From Acetobacteraceae bacterium (GTDB taxonomy: Bacteria; Pseudomonadota; Alphaproteobacteria; Acetobacterales; Acetobacteraceae): DNA of 64,000 bases. A model generated the notes under the pieces. It made no database searches. It worked only from the letters and a program-made list of their open reading frames with translations, and was not told the origin of the DNA. Location: assembly GCA_965199165.1 (NCBI GenBank), contig OZ240681.1, positions 5,068,690 to 5,132,689 of the forward strand, written 5' to 3'. Below, in pieces: positions 18,815 to 31,119 of this stretch; position 1 is the stretch's first letter; each line of letters begins with the position of its first letter. A program made the position numbers and the translations under genes.

Positions 18815-19693
18815 ATGGATGCGACTGTCTCCGACCTGCTGACCCGTATCGCAACCGCGCTAGAGCGGCTGGCGCCGCCGCCTGCGCCGCCTCTGGACCT
18901 CTCGGGCGCCGAGGGCTTCGTCTGGCAGCCTGCCCAGACCCGGCTGATGCCGGTGCCGCATATCGCGCGCGTGGCGCTCGACCTCATCCAAGGGGTCGAC
19001 CAGCAGAAGCTGATGGTGCTGGAGAACACGGCCCGTTTCGCGCGCGGCTTTCCTGCCAACAACGCCATGCTCTGGGGTGCGCGAGGCATGGGCAAATCCT
19101 CGCTCGTCAAGGCGACGCACGCCGCCGTCGCCGCCGAAAGCCGGCAGGATGGCGTCAGCCCGCTCAAGCTCATCGAAATCCACAGGGACGACCTGCGGAC
19201 GCTGCCCGACCTTCTGAACCTGCTGCGCGGCCGGCCCGAGCGCTGTGTCATTCTCTGCGACGATCTCTCCTTCGAGCGTGAGGACGCCGACTACAAGGCC
19301 CTGAAGTCGGTATTGGACGGCGGAATCGAGGGCCGGCCGGCCAACGTGCTGTTCTACGCCACCAGCAACCGCCGCCACCTGATGCCGCGGGACATGATCG
19401 ACAACGAGCGCTCGACCGCCATCAACCCGGGTGAGGCGGTGGAGGAGAAGGTCTCCCTCTCGGACCGATTCGGCCTTTGGATCGGCTTTCACAACTGCGA
19501 CCAGCCGACCTTCTTCGCGATGGTGGAAGGCTATGCCGAGGCCTTCCGCCTGCCGATCGAGCGCGAGGCACTGCGGGCGGGGGCGGTCGAGTGGTCGGTG
19601 ACGCGCGGCGGCCGGTCGGGCCGCGTTGCCTGGCAGTATATCCAGGATCTGGCCGGACGATTGGGCGTGAAAACCAGCCTGTCGTTGGAGTAG
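18815..19693 (+). CDS. DUF815-family P-loop ATPase
   Basis: NAMLWGARGMGKSSLVKA (Walker A), ILCDDLSFE (Walker B-like), FYATSNRRHL; typical neighbour of yajC in alphaproteobacteria. Confidence 0.8.
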   Translation: MDATVSDLLTRIATALERLAPPPAPPLDLSGAEGFVWQPAQTRLMPVPHIARVALDLIQGVDQQKLMVLENTARFARGFPANNAMLWGARGMGKSSLVKATHAAVAAESRQDGVSPLKLIEIHRDDLRTLPDLLNLLRGRPERCVILCDDLSFEREDADYKALKSVLDGGIEGRPANVLFYATSNRRHLMPRDMIDNERSTAINPGEAVEEKVSLSDRFGLWIGFHNCDQPTFFAMVEGYAEAFRLPIEREALRAGAVEWSVTRGGRSGRVAWQYIQDLAGRLGVKTSLSLE

Positions 19694-19702
19694 GCTTCTC
19701 TC

Positions 19703-20181
19703 ATGGACACCACGCCCTTCCCGAACCAGGCCGACGATGCGGTGACGGAGCCCAGCTATGAGCGGGACGTGGTCGCCTGGGCGAACGAGCAGGCGCGCCG
19801 CCTGCGGGCGGGTGAGTTCCACCGGCTCGATATCGAGCACATCGCGGACGAGATCGAGGACGTGGGAAGAAGCGAGAAGCGCGAACTGGCGAGCCGGATC
19901 AGCGTGCTGATGGCCCATCTCCTCAAGTGGCAGTATCAGCCCGGGCGCCGAGGCGCGAGTTGGACTGGCACCATCCGTGTGCAGAGACGGCAGATGCCAG
20001 GCGGAAGCTGGATGAGGTCCCAAGCCTCAAAACCCTTCTTCGAGATCCGGAGTGGCAACAATCCGTATGGGACGATGCGTTGGCGTCAGCCTATCGTGAA
20101 ACTGGCTTGGAAGACTTTCCCGACAGCTGCCCCTGGGACTGGCAGAGCGAGGTTCTGCAGGACGACTGGCTGCCGGCCTAG
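19703..20181 (+). pseudogene. DUF29-family protein, frame-disrupted near 19990-20000
   Basis: N-terminal part in the frame of ORF 19703 (YERDVVAWANEQARRLRAGEFHRLDIEHIADEIEDVGRSEKRELASRISVLMAHLLKWQYQP..TIRVQRRQ). C-terminal part in the frame of ORF 19927 (ARRKLDEVPSLKTLL..ETGLEDFPDSCPWDWQSEVLQDDWLP). The span is 479 nt, not a multiple of 3. Confidence 0.7.
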
Positions 20182-21566
20182 CGTTCGTCCACCGTCACGC
20201 CCAGCTGCTTGAGCTTGCGATGCAGCGCGCTCCGCTCCATCCCCACGAAAGCCGCCGTCCGGCTGATGTTGCCGCCCAGCCGCATGAGCTGCGCCTGCAG
20301 ATACTGGATCTCGAACAGGTCGCGTGCCTCGCGTAGCGTCAGCCCCATCATGTCCGCGCCTGAATCGAGCGACAGCAGCCGCGGCGCATGCGCACCGATC
20401 TCCGGCGGCATCACCTCGGCGCGGATCGCATCCGCCGGGCTGCCCGGCGCCATGATGAGCAGCCAGTCCATGAGGTTCCGCAGCTGGCGGACGTTGCCCG
20501 GCCAGTCGTAGGCCTGCAGCGCCGCCACCGCGTCCGGCGCCAGTTCCCGCGGCGCCATGCCGGCATTCTCCGCCGCGCGCCGCAGGAAATACTCGGCCAG
20601 CATCGGCACGTCGTCGCGGCGCTGCCGCAGGGCCGGCACCATCAGCGGCACCACCGACAGCCGGTAGAACAGGTCCTCGCGGAAACGCCCGGCCGCGATC
20701 TCCGCCTGCAAATCCCGGTTCGTCGTCGCGATCACCCGGACATCGACGCTCACCCGCGAGGAGCCGTTGACCCGCTGAAACGCCTGGTCCTGCAAGGCCC
20801 GCACGATCTTGCCCTGCGTCTCCAGCGGCATATCCGCCACCTCGTCCAGCAGCAGCGTGCCACCATGCGCCCGCTCCAGCACGCCGGCCCTACGCGGCTC
20901 CCGGTTGGGGCCGTTGCTCGCCTCGACGCCGAACAGCTCCTCCTCGAACCGGCTCGGGTTGAGCGTGGCGCAGTTCAACGCCACGAAGGCCTGGTCGGAC
21001 CGCCGCGACAGGGCATGGATCATGCGCGCCGCGACTTCCTTGCCGACGCCCGCAGGCCCGCTGATCAGCACGCGCGAGCCGGTCGGCGCCACACGCTCGA
21101 TCGCGCTGCGCAGCGCCTGCATGGCGCTGCTCTCGCCGAGCAGGCTGTTCTCGGCCCCGATGCGCAGTCGCAGCTCGGCATTCTCGGCCGCCAGGCGTGC
21201 GGCTTCCAGCGCCCGCCGCACCATCAGCAGCAGGCGGTCCGCCTTGAAGGGCTTCTCGATGAAGTCGTAGGCGCCCTTCTGAATGGCGTTGACCGCCGTC
21301 TCGATCGTGCCGTGGCCGGAGATCATCATCACCGGCACCCGTGGCTCTTCCCGGCAGAACACGTCGAGGATGCCGAGGCCGTCGAGCCGCGAGTTGCGCA
21401 GCCAGATGTCGAGGATGACGAGGCCCGGCCGCCGGCTCTGGAACGACGCGATCGCCTCATCGGCATTGGCGGCCTGGCGGGTTTGGTAGCCTTCGTCGCG
21501 CAGCACGCCATCGATGAGCATCCGGATATCGGGCTCGTCGTCGACTATCAGAATGTCAGCCGCCAT
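20178..21566 (-). CDS. ntrX: Sigma-54-interacting response regulator NtrX
   Basis: REC domain (ILIVDDEPDIR..VILDIWL), AAA+ region (ISGPAGVGKEVAARMIH, GGTLLLDEV, ESELFG-like EEELFGVE), C-terminal HTH; follows ntrY. Confidence 0.9.
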   Translation of the reverse strand: MAADILIVDDEPDIRMLIDGVLRDEGYQTRQAANADEAIASFQSRRPGLVILDIWLRNSRLDGLGILDVFCREEPRVPVMMISGHGTIETAVNAIQKGAYDFIEKPFKADRLLLMVRRALEAARLAAENAELRLRIGAENSLLGESSAMQALRSAIERVAPTGSRVLISGPAGVGKEVAARMIHALSRRSDQAFVALNCATLNPSRFEEELFGVEASNGPNREPRRAGVLERAHGGTLLLDEVADMPLETQGKIVRALQDQAFQRVNGSSRVSVDVRVIATTNRDLQAEIAAGRFREDLFYRLSVVPLMVPALRQRRDDVPMLAEYFLRRAAENAGMAPRELAPDAVAALQAYDWPGNVRQLRNLMDWLLIMAPGSPADAIRAEVMPPEIGAHAPRLLSLDSGADMMGLTLREARDLFEIQYLQAQLMRLGGNISRTAAFVGMERSALHRKLKQLGVTVDER

Positions 21567-23818
21567 CAGTCCCTCGCCACGATCAGCTCCGCGGCTTCCG
21601 CCCTTGCCTGCGCGGGCAGAACCAAAGTTGCGACCGCACCCGGCCCAGGCTCGCGATCCTCAAGCATGAGCTTGCCATCATGATCCTCCATCACCTTCTT
21701 GACGATGGCCAGGCCGAGGCCCGTGCCTTTCTCCTTCGTGGTGACGTAAGGTTCCGTCAGCTGGTTTCTTTCTGCCTGCGGCAATCCCACCCCGTCATCG
21801 GCGACGCTGATGTGGATCGACTCGCCAATGCGGGCAACCCTCAAGGTAATATCGCCCGCTTCGGGCCGGCTTGCTATGGCATCAGCGGCGTTCTGGAGAA
21901 GATTAGTCAAAGCCTGGCCGATCAGCCGCCGGTCGCAAGGGGCGACGATGCCGCCCGCCGGAATATCAGCGGTAAAGTGGATGTCCGGGCGCGCATGCTG
22001 CTGCAGCATCAGCGCGTCCCGCGCCACCTGGCCGATATCCTCCATCTTGATCGCCGGCTGTGGCATGCGCGCGAAGGCGGAGAACTCGTCCACCATGCGC
22101 CCGATGTCGCCCACCTGCCGCACGATCGTGTCGGCGCATTGCACGAAGGTTTCCGGATCCGAGTGGATCTCCGCCAGGAAGCGGCGCTTCAGCCGCTCGG
22201 CGGAAAGCTGGATCGGCGTCAGGGGATTCTTGATCTCGTGGGCGATCCGCCGGGCCACATCCGACCAGGCCGCCTTGCGCTGAGCGGCTGCCAGCTCGGT
22301 GATATCGTCGAAGGTGATGACGAAACCATCGACGCGCGCCTCGGTCATCTCTGCCCCAAGCCGCACGTTCAGCAGGCGGCGATTGCCCGGCGGCCCGATG
22401 GCGATCTCCGCGCGCCGCGGCCGGTCCGGCATCTCCCGCACTGTTGCTATGAGCGTGCCGAACTCCGGCACGACCTCCTCCAACGGGCGCCCCATCGCCG
22501 CCATCAGGTCGACGCTCAGCAGCGTCGACGCCGCGCGGTTGGGCAGTTCGACCCGGCAGGCGCCGTCGAGGCCGATGACGCCCGCCGACACGCCGCCCAG
22601 CACCGCCTCGGTGAAGCGCCGGCGCTCGTCGAGCTGGCTGTAGGCCTTCATGAGTTCGGAACGCTGGGCATCGAGTTGCCCCGTCATCCGATTGAAGGCG
22701 CGGGTGAGGCCGGCGACCTCGTCATCCCGCCGGCTCTCGGGCAGGCGAACGGCGAGATCGCCCGAGCGGATGCGCTCCGCGGCACGGATGAGGCGGCCGA
22801 CCGGGCGTGCGATCTGGTTGGCGAACACAAGGCCGAACAGGATGGACGCCGACAGCACCAGCAGCGCCACCATGGCGAAGATGACGACGAAGGTGATCTG
22901 CAGGCTGTGCCGGTGGGATTCGAGGCGGTGATAGGCCTGCACCGCCGCTTCTGTCCGCGCCATATGCGCAAGGATGGCGGGATCGACCGGCTTCTGGATC
23001 AGCAGCATGAGCGGCGGCGTGGAGGCCAGCTGCACGAGGCCGCTGACCGTCGTCCCGTCCTTCGACCCCATCACGACCACATCGCCGCCACGGGCCACGT
23101 CCACGGCCCAGGGCGGCGGCAGGGTGGTGCTCATGCCGCCCATGAAACCGGCCGAGGCGATCACCTGCCCGGTCGTCGGCTCGAAGACGACCGCCTCGGT
23201 CAGGCCGCGCAGCGAGATCTGGGTCTCCAGGAACTGGCCGAAGTTCGAAAGATCGTTGGTGATGAAGGGGCCGGCACGTTCCATGTCATCTGCCATGGCG
23301 AATGCGTCGGTGCGGATCTCGTTCTTGTGCTCCGTAAGGTAGCCCTGGGCGACCTGCATGCTTTCGTCGAGCGCGGTGCGCACGCGCTCGTTGAACCAAG
23401 CCTGAATGCCGAGCTGGAAGAAGACGGTCGCGAAGATGGCGACGACGATCGTGGGCGTCACGGCGACGACGCCGAACAGCAGGACAAGCTGCGCCTGTAG
23501 CCGGGACCCGGCGAGGCCGCGCCGCCGCTCGATCATCACGCGGATGACGCGGACGGAGACGGCGGCCACCAGCAGCATGAGCACGCAGAAATTCGCGGGC
23601 ACGAGAGAGATGATCGCCCGGTGGCTGAGCCCGAGCGAGGTGCCGCCCGACAGTACGACGAAGCTGACGACGGCCAGCACCAGCGCGAGCGTCGCGAGCA
23701 TGAGCGTGACCGTCTTGCCGAGCACGATGCGCAGGATCATGCGCAGACGCGGCCAGCTTTTGAGGGTCGCCTCCTCGTCACCCACGAGAGGCCGGGAGGG
23801 AGTGTTGCTTATCAGCAT
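21566..23818 (-). CDS. ntrY: Sensor histidine kinase NtrY
   Basis: N-terminal TM helices, HAMP, PAS, H-box HEIKNPLTPIQLSAERL, G-boxes DDGVGL / GTGLGLAIV; the stop overlaps the ntrX start. Confidence 0.9.
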   Translation of the reverse strand: MLISNTPSRPLVGDEEATLKSWPRLRMILRIVLGKTVTLMLATLALVLAVVSFVVLSGGTSLGLSHRAIISLVPANFCVLMLLVAAVSVRVIRVMIERRRGLAGSRLQAQLVLLFGVVAVTPTIVVAIFATVFFQLGIQAWFNERVRTALDESMQVAQGYLTEHKNEIRTDAFAMADDMERAGPFITNDLSNFGQFLETQISLRGLTEAVVFEPTTGQVIASAGFMGGMSTTLPPPWAVDVARGGDVVVMGSKDGTTVSGLVQLASTPPLMLLIQKPVDPAILAHMARTEAAVQAYHRLESHRHSLQITFVVIFAMVALLVLSASILFGLVFANQIARPVGRLIRAAERIRSGDLAVRLPESRRDDEVAGLTRAFNRMTGQLDAQRSELMKAYSQLDERRRFTEAVLGGVSAGVIGLDGACRVELPNRAASTLLSVDLMAAMGRPLEEVVPEFGTLIATVREMPDRPRRAEIAIGPPGNRRLLNVRLGAEMTEARVDGFVITFDDITELAAAQRKAAWSDVARRIAHEIKNPLTPIQLSAERLKRRFLAEIHSDPETFVQCADTIVRQVGDIGRMVDEFSAFARMPQPAIKMEDIGQVARDALMLQQHARPDIHFTADIPAGGIVAPCDRRLIGQALTNLLQNAADAIASRPEAGDITLRVARIGESIHISVADDGVGLPQAERNQLTEPYVTTKEKGTGLGLAIVKKVMEDHDGKLMLEDREPGPGAVATLVLPAQARAEAAELIVARD

Positions 23819-23872
23819 CGGCAGACCTCGGCCCTAACTCAATGCGCCCGGTTCAGAGCGCAAGATGGTCCC

Positions 23873-25314
<1,442 letters not shown>

Positions 25315-25318
<4 letters not shown>

Positions 25319-26475
25319 TGGGGATCCTCCTCGGACACCATGGGCAGGTGCAACCGGAACTCAGTTCGTCCAGGACGGCTTTCGACCTCGATCGAGCCGC
25401 CATGATCGGCCACGATCTTGGCCACCAAGGCGAGGCCAAGCCCCTGCCCCGACGGCCGCGAACTCACGAACGGCTCGAACAGATGCGGCCGGATGTCGGC
25501 TGAAATTCCGGGGCCATTGTCGCGCACGACCACCAGCAGCGGCAGCTCCACGCGGCTATCGGGGTCCGAGGACGGCGTCGCCAGCCGCAGCCCATGCTGA
25601 TACCGCGTCATCAGCGTGATCTCGGCCTCGTTCGTGCCCGCGGCGTGAAGGGAATCGGATGCGTTCTTGACGAGATTCAGCAGCACCTGCACCAGCTGGT
25701 CCCGGTTGCCCCAGACCGGGGGAAGGGAGGGATCGTAGCTCTCGCTGAAGCGCAGGCCTTCGGCGAAGCCGCTGCGCGCAAGGCGGCGGACATGCTCCAG
25801 CACGCGGTGAATGTTCACCGCTTCCATCGTGACCGGCTTCTCGCCGAACACCTCCATGCGGTCGACGAGGGCGCGGATGCGGTCGGCCTCGTCCCGGATC
25901 AGCACGGTCAGCTCGCGATCGGGCTCGGTGACGCTGCTTTCCAGCAGCTGCGCCGCGCCTCGGATGCCGGAGAGCGGATTCTTGATCTCATGCGCCAGGA
26001 TGGCCGCCATGCCGGTAATGCTCCGGGCGGCGTTGCGGGCGGCGATCTGCCGGTCCAGCGCCCGCACCGTCGTGCTGTCCTGCAGCACCAACAGGACGCT
26101 GCCACCGTCTTCCGTCACCGTCGTGCCCTGCACGCTGATGCCGGTCTTGCGGATCCGCGGCCCCTCAAAGGACAGGTCGTGATCGGCGATCGAGCTGGCG
26201 CCGGTGCGCAGCTGGCCCACCATCAGGAACAGCGGGCTGTCCTCGGGCAGAACATCGGAGAGCGACAGCTGGGCGAGTTGCGAGACGGACAGCCCGAGGA
26301 ACTGCTCCGCCGCCGGATTGGCATAGGTGAAGCGGTTCTCCTCCGACAGCACCACGACGGCGACGGGCATGGCGGACAGGATGGTCGCATGATCGGGCAG
26401 CTGCACGGCGGGCACCGGAGCCCGGCGCACCACGGACAGAACGGTGCGGCGAACCGCTTTCGTAACGCCGCTCAT
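25315..26475 (-). CDS. ntrB: Nitrogen regulation sensor kinase NtrB (NR-II)
   Basis: PAS, H-box [34 protein letters not shown]; 4-nt overlaps with dusB and ntrC. Confidence 0.9.
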
Positions 26476-27557
26476 GCGGCCTCGGCGAGCATCACGGCCT
26501 TATCGGGCGCCGGCGCCTGGACGCCGCGGTCGATGAGCGGGTCGTAGAAGGCGTCGATCATGGCGAGCACCGCCGGCCGCTCGGGCGCGCGGGTGACCTG
26601 GGCGCGGAACTCAGCCGAGCCCGGCAGGCCGCGCGAATACCAGGCGAGATGCTTGCGGGCGAGCCGAAGGCCCGGCTGCTCTCCGAAATGGGTCAGCATC
26701 GCCTCGTAATGCCGGAGCATGATCGCCTTGCGCTCAGCGAGCCCGGGTTCGGGGCGTTTGGACCCGGTTGCGAGATACTCGGCCACATGAGCGAGGAACC
26801 AGGGGCGGCCGTAGCAGCCGCGCCCGATCATCACGCCATCGGCGCCGGACTGCGCCAGCGCCTCGGCGGCATCTTCCTCGACGATGATGTCGCCGTTGGC
26901 GATCACAGGAATGGCGACCGCCTCCTTCACGTGGCGGATGAAGGCCCAGTCGGCCTGCCCGGTGTAGAATTGCTGGCGCGTGCGGCCATGAATGGTCAGC
27001 ATGCGGATGCCGGCATCCTCGGCGATGCGCGCGAGGCGGGGGGCGTTGAGGTTCGCGTGGTCCCAGCCCATGCGCATCTTGAGCGTGACCGGCACCGGTA
27101 CCGCTCGCACCACCGCTTCCAGGATCGCGCCGGCGGCCACCTCGTCCCGCATCAGGGCGGAGCCCGCCATCTGGCCGACCGCCACCTTCTTCACCGGGCA
27201 GCCGAAATTGATGTCGACGATGTCGGCGCCGAGGCCCACTGCGATGCGCGCGGCCTCCGCCATCGCCGCCGGGTCGCAGCCTGCGAGCTGGACCGAGTTC
27301 GGCCCACCGCCCGACGCGACCTTTGCCATGCGCAGCGTCGCCTGGTTCTCCCGCACCATCGCCCAGGAGGCGATCATCTCGGACACCACGAGCCCGGCGC
27401 CGAGGTCGCGGGCCAAAGCGCGGAACGGCAGGTCCGTGACCCCGGACATGGGAGCGAGGATCACCGGTGTGTCGATCGTGGGGTTACCCTGGCCGCCGAG
27501 AGCGATTGGCTTCAGACCCGTCCGCGCGGTTTGATCTCGAATCGTTCGATTGCCCAT
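26472..27557 (-). CDS. dusB: tRNA-dihydrouridine synthase (NifR3/DusB)
   Basis: [50 protein letters not shown]. Start set at MGNRTI (27557); the 448-aa ORF would overlap ispF. Confidence 0.88.
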   Translation of the reverse strand: MGNRTIRDQTARTGLKPIALGGQGNPTIDTPVILAPMSGVTDLPFRALARDLGAGLVVSEMIASWAMVRENQATLRMAKVASGGGPNSVQLAGCDPAAMAEAARIAVGLGADIVDINFGCPVKKVAVGQMAGSALMRDEVAAGAILEAVVRAVPVPVTLKMRMGWDHANLNAPRLARIAEDAGIRMLTIHGRTRQQFYTGQADWAFIRHVKEAVAIPVIANGDIIVEEDAAEALAQSGADGVMIGRGCYGRPWFLAHVAEYLATGSKRPEPGLAERKAIMLRHYEAMLTHFGEQPGLRLARKHLAWYSRGLPGSAEFRAQVTRAPERPAVLAMIDAFYDPLIDRGVQAPAPDKAVMLAEAA

Positions 27558-27612
27558 GAATTGTGCAGATACAGCACCAACGGGTTGACGCGCAATCGGG
27601 CACGGACGAGTC

Positions 27613-28164
27613 TTGGCGCCCCTAAACCCGAAGGTGACCGATTTGGACCAGCCTGCCTCGCTTCCCTTTCTCCTGCCGCGCGTGGGGACCGGCTTCGACG
27701 TCCACGTGCTGGAAGCAGGCCGGCCGTTGATCCTGTGCGGCGTAACGGTTCCGCATGAGAAAGGATTGGCCGGGCACTCCGATGCCGATGTCGGCATCCA
27801 TGCGCTGTGCGATGCCATCTACGGGGCGCTCGCCGAGGGCGATATCGGCCGCCATTTCCCGCCGAGCGAGGCGCAGTGGAAGGACGCTGACAGCGCCCGC
27901 TTCCTGCGCCACGCGGCCGAGCGTGTGGCGGCGCGCGGCGGCATTCTCACGAATGCGGATGTGACGCTGATCTGCGAGCAGCCGAAGATCACGCCGCACG
28001 CGCCGGCCATGCGGGCGCGGCTGGCGGAGTTGCTGGGCGTTCCGGTATCGCGGATCTCGGTAAAGGCGACGACGACGGAGAAGCTCGGCTTTACCGGGCG
28101 GCGGGAGGGCATCGCCGCCCAGGCCGCCGTCGCGCTCCTGGTCCCGGAGCCTGATCAGGGCTGA
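27613..28164 (+). CDS. ispF: 2-C-methyl-D-erythritol 2,4-cyclodiphosphate synthase (stand-alone)
   Basis: [75 protein letters not shown]. Start uncertain (TTG 27613 or a downstream TTG/GTG). Confidence 0.88.
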   Translation: MAPLNPKVTDLDQPASLPFLLPRVGTGFDVHVLEAGRPLILCGVTVPHEKGLAGHSDADVGIHALCDAIYGALAEGDIGRHFPPSEAQWKDADSARFLRHAAERVAARGGILTNADVTLICEQPKITPHAPAMRARLAELLGVPVSRISVKATTTEKLGFTGRREGIAAQAAVALLVPEPDQG

Positions 28165-28168
28165 TCCG

Positions 28169-29197
28169 ATGGGTGCCGCCATGATCCGAGATATAGACGG
28201 GCTCATCCGCACCGGATGGGCCACGGAGGCCAGCCGTGCGGCGCTGGAGGCCGTCGGCGAGCGCTACGCCATCGCCATTCCACCGGCGCTCGCCTCGCTC
28301 ATCGGCGACGACCCGGGCGGCCCGATCGGGCGGCAGTTCGTCCCCCATCCCGACGAACGCCTGCGGGCAGCCCACGAAAGCCCGGACCCGATCGGCGACG
28401 ACGCCCTCTCGCCGCTGCCCGGCATCGTGCATCGCTACGCTGACCGGGTGCTGCTCAAGCCGTTGCTCGTCTGCCCGGTCTATTGCCGCTTCTGCTTCCG
28501 CCGCGAACATGTCGGCCCCGATGGTGGCCTGCTGACCGAAGCGCAGCTTGATGCCGCCTATGCCTGGATCGCCGAGCGGCCCGCGGTGCGGGAGGTCATC
28601 CTCACTGGCGGCGACCCGCTCATGCTCTCGCCCCGGCGGCTCGGCGTCATCATGACGGCACTCTCGGCCATCCCGCATGTCGAGACGATCCGCCTGCATT
28701 CGCGCCTGCCGGTGGCGCAGCCCGAGCGGCTGACGGAGGCCATGGCCGACGCCATGGAAAGCGACCGTGCCGTCTGGCTCGTCGTCCACGCCAACCATGC
28801 GACGGAGTTCACGGAGGCTGCCCGCGCGGCGCTTCGTCGGGTGCAGCGGCGCGGTATCCCGGTGCTCGGCCAGTCGGTGCTGCTGCGCGGCGTCAACGAC
28901 AGCGAGGGTGCGCTGGAGAGCCTGCTCCGCGCGATGGTCGCGGCACGGGTAAAGCCTTACTACCTGCACCAGCTCGATCCCGCTCCCGGCACGGCGCGGT
29001 TTCATGTGCCGATCGCCGAGGGCCAGGCGCTGCTCCGGCGCTTGCGCGGCCGGGTCACAGGTCTCGCCTGGCCGACCTATGTGCTGGACATCCCGGGGGG
29101 CGCCGGCAAGGTGCCGATCGGCCCGGACTACCTCGAGGGCGAAGACGCGGTGCGCGATCCCGCAGGGATCACGCATGCCGTGAGGCTGGGCGCGTAA
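28169..29197 (+). CDS. epmB: Lysine 2,3-aminomutase-like radical SAM enzyme (EF-P beta-lysylation type, KamA/EpmB family)
   Basis: VHRYADRVLLKPLLVCPVYCRFCFRRE (CX3CX2C), ILTGGDPLML, YYLHQLD; immediately upstream of efp. Confidence 0.85.
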   Translation: MGAAMIRDIDGLIRTGWATEASRAALEAVGERYAIAIPPALASLIGDDPGGPIGRQFVPHPDERLRAAHESPDPIGDDALSPLPGIVHRYADRVLLKPLLVCPVYCRFCFRREHVGPDGGLLTEAQLDAAYAWIAERPAVREVILTGGDPLMLSPRRLGVIMTALSAIPHVETIRLHSRLPVAQPERLTEAMADAMESDRAVWLVVHANHATEFTEAARAALRRVQRRGIPVLGQSVLLRGVNDSEGALESLLRAMVAARVKPYYLHQLDPAPGTARFHVPIAEGQALLRRLRGRVTGLAWPTYVLDIPGGAGKVPIGPDYLEGEDAVRDPAGITHAVRLGA

Positions 29198-29263
29198 GCT
29201 TGCCGCGACCCTGCTGAAGGGTTACAAGCCGCGCCTCCCATCCCGACGGTATCGAGACATTCC

Positions 29264-29830
29264 ATGAAGCAGCAGGCGAACCTTATTCGCGCCGGCCAGG
29301 TGATCGAGCATGAGGGCCGCCGCTGGACGGTCCTGAAGCAGCAGATCATCACCCCAGGCAAAGGCGGCGCTTTCATCCAGGTCGAAATGCGCGACCTCAA
29401 GACCGGCAACAAGACGAACGAGCGCTGGCGCACCGCCGACACGGTCGAGCGGCTGCTGACCGACAACAAGGACTACATCTACTCCTATACCGACGGCGAC
29501 AACCTCGTGCTGATGGACAAGGAGACCTACGAGCAGGCCATGGTCCCGTCCGAATTGCTCGGTGACGGCGTTGCCTTCCTGCAGGACAACATGCCGGTGA
29601 CGGTCGACCTCGTCGAAGGCGATCCGGTCGGCATCCATCTGCCGGTCTCCGTGGTGCTCGAAATCGTCGAAGCCGATCCGGTCACCAAGGGCCAGACCGC
29701 GACCAGTTCCTACAAGCCCGCGAAGCTCTCCAACGGGGTGAAGACGATGGTGCCGCCGTTCATCGAGACCGGGGAGCGCATCGTGGTCCGCACCGAGGAC
29801 GGTTCCTACATGGAGCGGGCGAAGGGCTGA
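29264..29830 (+). CDS. efp: Elongation factor P
   Basis: LIRAGQVIEHEGRRWTVLK..ITPGKGGAFIQVEMRDLKTG (modifiable Lys in the PGKG loop), OB-fold C-terminal domains. Confidence 0.95.
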   Translation: MKQQANLIRAGQVIEHEGRRWTVLKQQIITPGKGGAFIQVEMRDLKTGNKTNERWRTADTVERLLTDNKDYIYSYTDGDNLVLMDKETYEQAMVPSELLGDGVAFLQDNMPVTVDLVEGDPVGIHLPVSVVLEIVEADPVTKGQTATSSYKPAKLSNGVKTMVPPFIETGERIVVRTEDGSYMERAKG

Positions 29831-29846
29831 CAGGGACCCGTCGACC

Positions 29847-30677
29847 ATGGCCCCGCGCCTCTCCGCCCATCTGACCATCATGGCAAATGCCGCCCAGCGA
29901 GCGGCAAAGCAGCTGCTGCGCGACTTCAATGAGGTCGAGCAGCTTCAGGTTTCCATCAAGGGTCCATCAGATTTCGTCTCCCAGGCCGATCTCAAGGCCG
30001 AGGCGATGATCAAGCAGGACCTCAACAAGGCGCGGCCCGGCTACGCCTTCCTCATGGAGGAGTCCGGTGCCTCGGGTTCCGACAACTGGACCTGGCGCTG
30101 GGTGGTGGACCCGCTCGACGGCACCACCAACTTCCTGCACGGCATGCCGCACTGGGCGATCAGCATCGGGCTGGAGCGGCGGTTGCCCGATGGCGGGGTG
30201 GAGAACGCAGCCGGGGTTATCTATTCCCCGGCCGCTGACGAGATGTTCTGGGCCGAAAAGGGCTCGGGCGCTTTCATGAATGACCGCCGGCTGCGGGTCT
30301 CTGCGCGGCGGGATTTGGATCAGGCGGTGTTCGCGACTGGCATCCCCTTCGCGGGTGCGTCACCCCGTCAGCGTCTTTCGTTCGCGCGCACGCTCGGCAC
30401 TTTGGCGCCGCAGACGGCGGGCATCCGGCGCTTCGGGGCCGCAGCGCTGGACATGGCCTGGGTCGCTGCCGGCCGTTTCGACGGCTACTGGGAGATCGGC
30501 ATCAAGCCGTGGGATGTCTCGGCAGGCATCCTGCTGGTGCGCGAAGCCGGGGGCTATGTGACGGACCCGGACGGGCGTGACCAGATCGGTGCCGACGTCG
30601 TGGCGGCCAATCCCCACCTGCATCCGAAGCTGCTGGAGGCGGTGGCGGACGGTCTCGCGGCGGCGGGAACGGCCTGA
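29847..30677 (+). CDS. suhB: Inositol monophosphatase family protein
   Basis: FLMEESG, WVVDPLDGTTNFLHG, WDVSAGILLVREAGG. Confidence 0.88.
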   Translation: MAPRLSAHLTIMANAAQRAAKQLLRDFNEVEQLQVSIKGPSDFVSQADLKAEAMIKQDLNKARPGYAFLMEESGASGSDNWTWRWVVDPLDGTTNFLHGMPHWAISIGLERRLPDGGVENAAGVIYSPAADEMFWAEKGSGAFMNDRRLRVSARRDLDQAVFATGIPFAGASPRQRLSFARTLGTLAPQTAGIRRFGAAALDMAWVAAGRFDGYWEIGIKPWDVSAGILLVREAGGYVTDPDGRDQIGADVVAANPHLHPKLLEAVADGLAAAGTA

Positions 30678-30876
30678 CAAGAGGCACTTCCAGACTTCGC
30701 TGACACCCTCCAGTGAGGCATCGTCTCTATTGGAGCGGAGACGTAGCCCGGAGCGCCGACAGTGGAAGAGAAAGACCGATGAACGATCTTTAAACCCCTC
30801 CGCCACCGCATTATGACACCGAAGCGTTGGTCGCCGGGATCAACGAAGGCAATCGCCATGATCCGGTCGATGTGGG

Positions 30877-31119
30877 TCAGTTGGTCGGACAGGAATCCCT
30901 GTAGTGGCGCGGGTTGCAGGTGATTACGCCAAGCACCTGCGGTGCATGCGTTATGTCAAAAGGACGTCCGCCCCTGCCGCCACCACCGAAGCCTGCTCCT
31001 ACCGGGACAGCAGGTGTGCCGCCGCTGACGGCGAACGCAGCAGGCGCAAAGAGCACACTCGCAGCGCAAGCCGCAGCCAAGGGAACTTCATCGGCCGAGC
31101 GTCCTGTATCGCTGGTCAT
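30877..31119 (-). CDS. Candidate small secreted Gly-rich protein (80 aa); very tentative
   Basis: MTSDTGRSADEVPLAAACAASVLFAPAAFA-VSGG.. looks like a signal peptide with an AxA site, then GAGFGGGGRGG and two Cys. No convincing RBS, and an alternative plus-strand ORF covers the same DNA. Confidence 0.2.
   Translation of the reverse strand: MTSDTGRSADEVPLAAACAASVLFAPAAFAVSGGTPAVPVGAGFGGGGRGGRPFDITHAPQVLGVITCNPRHYRDSCPTN

Noticed and set aside
27558-28164. ispF without a fused or adjacent ispD, only 55 nt from the divergent dusB start; considered as evidence of a deletion, because many alphaproteobacteria encode a bifunctional IspDF here.
   Set aside because: Stand-alone ispF is common in bacteria, no ispD fossil is visible upstream, and I cannot establish the ancestral state without related genomes.
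28169-29830. epmB-efp pairing without epmA.
   Set aside because: This is a known arrangement for Lys-type EF-P (PGKG loop present); epmA is often encoded elsewhere.
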